From the human T2T-CHM13v2.0 reference genome, Homo sapiens, in the NCBI RefSeq assembly GCF_009914755.1, contig NC_060947.1: DNA of 64,000 bases; one strand, written 5' to 3'. Under the pieces are notes generated by a model. It was given only the letters and a program-made list of their open reading frames with translations, had not been told where the DNA came from and ran no database searches. How positions within the stretch are numbered: position 1 is the stretch's first letter; each line of letters opens with the position of its first letter. Positions 60,567-64,000 of the stretch are shown here, in pieces. Made by a program: the position numbers and the translations under genes.

Positions 60567-60829
60567 TTTCTTTTCTTTTTTTTTTTGAGACTTGGTCTTG
60601 GCTCACTGCGACCTCCGCCTCCTGGGTTCAAGCGATTCTCCTGCCTCAGCCTCCCGAGTAGCTGGGATTACAGGCACACACCACCGCACCCGGCTAATTT
60701 TTGTATTTTTAGTAGAGATGGGGTTTCACCATGTTGGCCAGGCTGGTCTTGAACTCCTGACCTCAGGTGATCTACCCGCCTCGGCCTCCCAAAGTGCTGG
60801 GATTACAGGCATGAGCCACTGCGCCCGGC
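60567..60829 (-). mobile_element. Alu with internal deletion
   Basis: TSD tatcactcagc. Confidence 0.9.
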
Positions 60830-61398
60830 TTATCACTCAGCATACTATTATTATCTCCATTTTACAGATGAGGTATATGAAGTTCAAAGAAGTTAACTGA
60901 TCTGCTCAAGGTCACTGAAATAGAGGTATTAGGACTAGAACCCAAACATCTTCCGAGGCTCTCCTCATGAGTCATTACTAGGTCAAATGCATAAAAAACA
61001 GCAGGTCAGATCATCAAAGAACAGAAACAACACATTCAAGAGAGTCTCCTCTTTTATTTTCCTCCTTTTTGCCTGCCCTTCTAAAACTCTCTTTCTTACT
61101 CTATCTCACATACCCCTCTGGTAGATTTTCGAGGTCTTAACAGCCTGGGGAATTTAAAGGCAATTATTAGGTAATTGAGAAAAAAGTAACCACAGTCAAT
61201 CTGGGAGAGCAGGGGCCATATACTGCCTTTCATTTTCCAGAATTTTGTCTTATCCTATACCCTGTAGACCCTGTACATGAAAACCTATGTTGTTCAGAAC
61301 TTAGAATTTTGATCCAACTACTATGCCAATAGTCCATTTTAATCACACTGGAGGCCATTTATAGCTTTTTGGTTCTCTGGGTTTATCTCTGTGTCCAG

Positions 61399-61520
61399 CA
61401 GCTCCTGCCAGAGCTAGTCAAACATGACTGAGAAGTGCTAGAGGAGTTCAGCTTTAGGTTCAAACTGTCACCAGCTTACTAGTGTTTCACATTACCTTGT
61501 TTACTGATACCCTTAATCAG
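61399..61520 (+). pseudogene. Candidate decayed exon with Munc13-like EVLEEFSFRFKLSPAY motif
   Basis: Pyrimidine tract plus ccag|cag acceptor and CAG|GTGAAA donor. Translates QLLPELVKHD*EVLEEFSFRFKLSPAY*CFTLPCLLIPLI. Confidence 0.35.
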
Positions 61521-61929
61521 GTGAAACTCAGCATTCCTGGCCAGTAGACAGGGGGTCTGAATGTGGAAAAAAAAAGTTTATAGCAACCTTGCCCCCTGCC
61601 TTCATGTAAAAGAGATACTAACTCCACTCCCCCCAAACTCACCATGCTCCCATAACATGTTCTGAGCTATACAAAGCCTAGCTACAGGAGACAAGAAGCC
61701 AAGTTAATGACCATGCAGACCATTTAGATTTTGTTAGACTAAGGAAGAATAAGGAAAACTGGCTTCTCATCCTAGTTATGCAACTAACTGACTGTGTGTG
61801 TGTGTGTATGTGTGTGTGTGTATTTAGTGAGAGCTCTTTTCCTTTTACTCTCTATATGCATGCCATAAACATTAAATCTATGCATGTACCATAAACATAA
61901 ATATTTTTCTTAACTTTCCTTTTACTATC

Positions 61930-62900
<971 letters not shown>

Positions 62901-63034
62901 CATCTGATATGCTTTCTTAAAGCAGGTATCAACAGAAACAAGAAAAGGGTGGCATGATGGACATGGAGGAGAGGTAGTGACTATGAAATGAGGGTGGGAA
63001 GTGAACACTAGAAAGGAGAGTCTAAGGACATTAA

Positions 63035-63359
<325 letters not shown>

Positions 63360-63764
63360 TGAATGCACCAGTTTTTCTGAGAACTAGCCAAGTATACATG
63401 AATTTGGGAATTTCTAAGCACAGCAGTTAATGGTGCATCCTTGAACTCCAACCACAAAAAATTCCTGGCAGTGACCTGAGGCCAAGCTCTCCTTTCCACA
63501 ACAACAGCAGTTCATGCTGTTTCCTGGCATCTCTCACCAAGTTAGTTTCCCAACTGAATCTCAATGCCCTTGTCTCAAAAATGGCAGCACTGGCTTGTCA
63601 GATTCCAGCTAGAAAGCCATATGACATCAGTGTTAAAGAGCATAGAAGGGTAAATGCTCTTTGTACCCAGCATCAATCAAACAGAACTTTCTATAGCAGT
63701 CTGTAATAGGCAGACTGTAATAACAACATGGTTTATAGTATTGCTTCTCAAATTTTCTTTTGTT

Positions 63765-63929
63765 TTTCTTTTTTTTTTTAAGACAAGTTCTTGCTCTGTC
63801 ACCCAGACTGGAGTGCAGTGGTGTGAACGTGGCTCACTGCAGCCTCGACCTTCCTGGGCTCAGGTGATCCTCCTGCCTCAGCCTCCCAAGTAGCTAGGAC
63901 TACAGGTTATGCACCACCACACCTGGGTG

Positions 63930-63977
<48 letters not shown>

Positions 63978-64000
63978 TTTATTTTGTAGAGACAAGGTTT
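63765..64000 (-). mobile_element. Alu (J-like) with (CA)n in the linker, cut by the window end
   Basis: Direct read. Confidence 0.88.

Overview
Primate (almost certainly human Xq22.1) repeat-rich genomic DNA. The one intact protein-coding gene is XKRX (XK-related family), on the minus strand, with three coding exons (46985-46651, 41742-41474, 33760-33015; 449 codons + stop; splice phases checked by hand) and a CpG-island promoter near 47.3-48.3 kb. There are two processed pseudogenes: HNRNPA1 (minus, 5334-7331, 14-bp TSD, unusually long 3' end) and NSA2 (plus, 29292-30320, inserted into an Alu tail/TSD). The rest is about 45 Alus, L1/L2/MIR fragments, MaLR/ERVL solo LTRs, DNA-transposon relics (including MADE1) and microsatellites. 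Most ORFs in the track are Alu/L1 artefacts. Two main leads. (1) A ~195-bp copy of the XKRX exon-2 acceptor and 5' part of the exon sits in intron 2. (2) Several splice-site-bounded, stop-interrupted segments on the plus strand upstream of XKRX (49.06-49.44, 58.16-58.35, 61.40-61.52 kb) may be remains of a lost multi-exon C2/Munc13-like gene. Lead 2 is inference from by-eye motif similarity and needs a homology search. Repeat boundaries and subfamilies are approximate.
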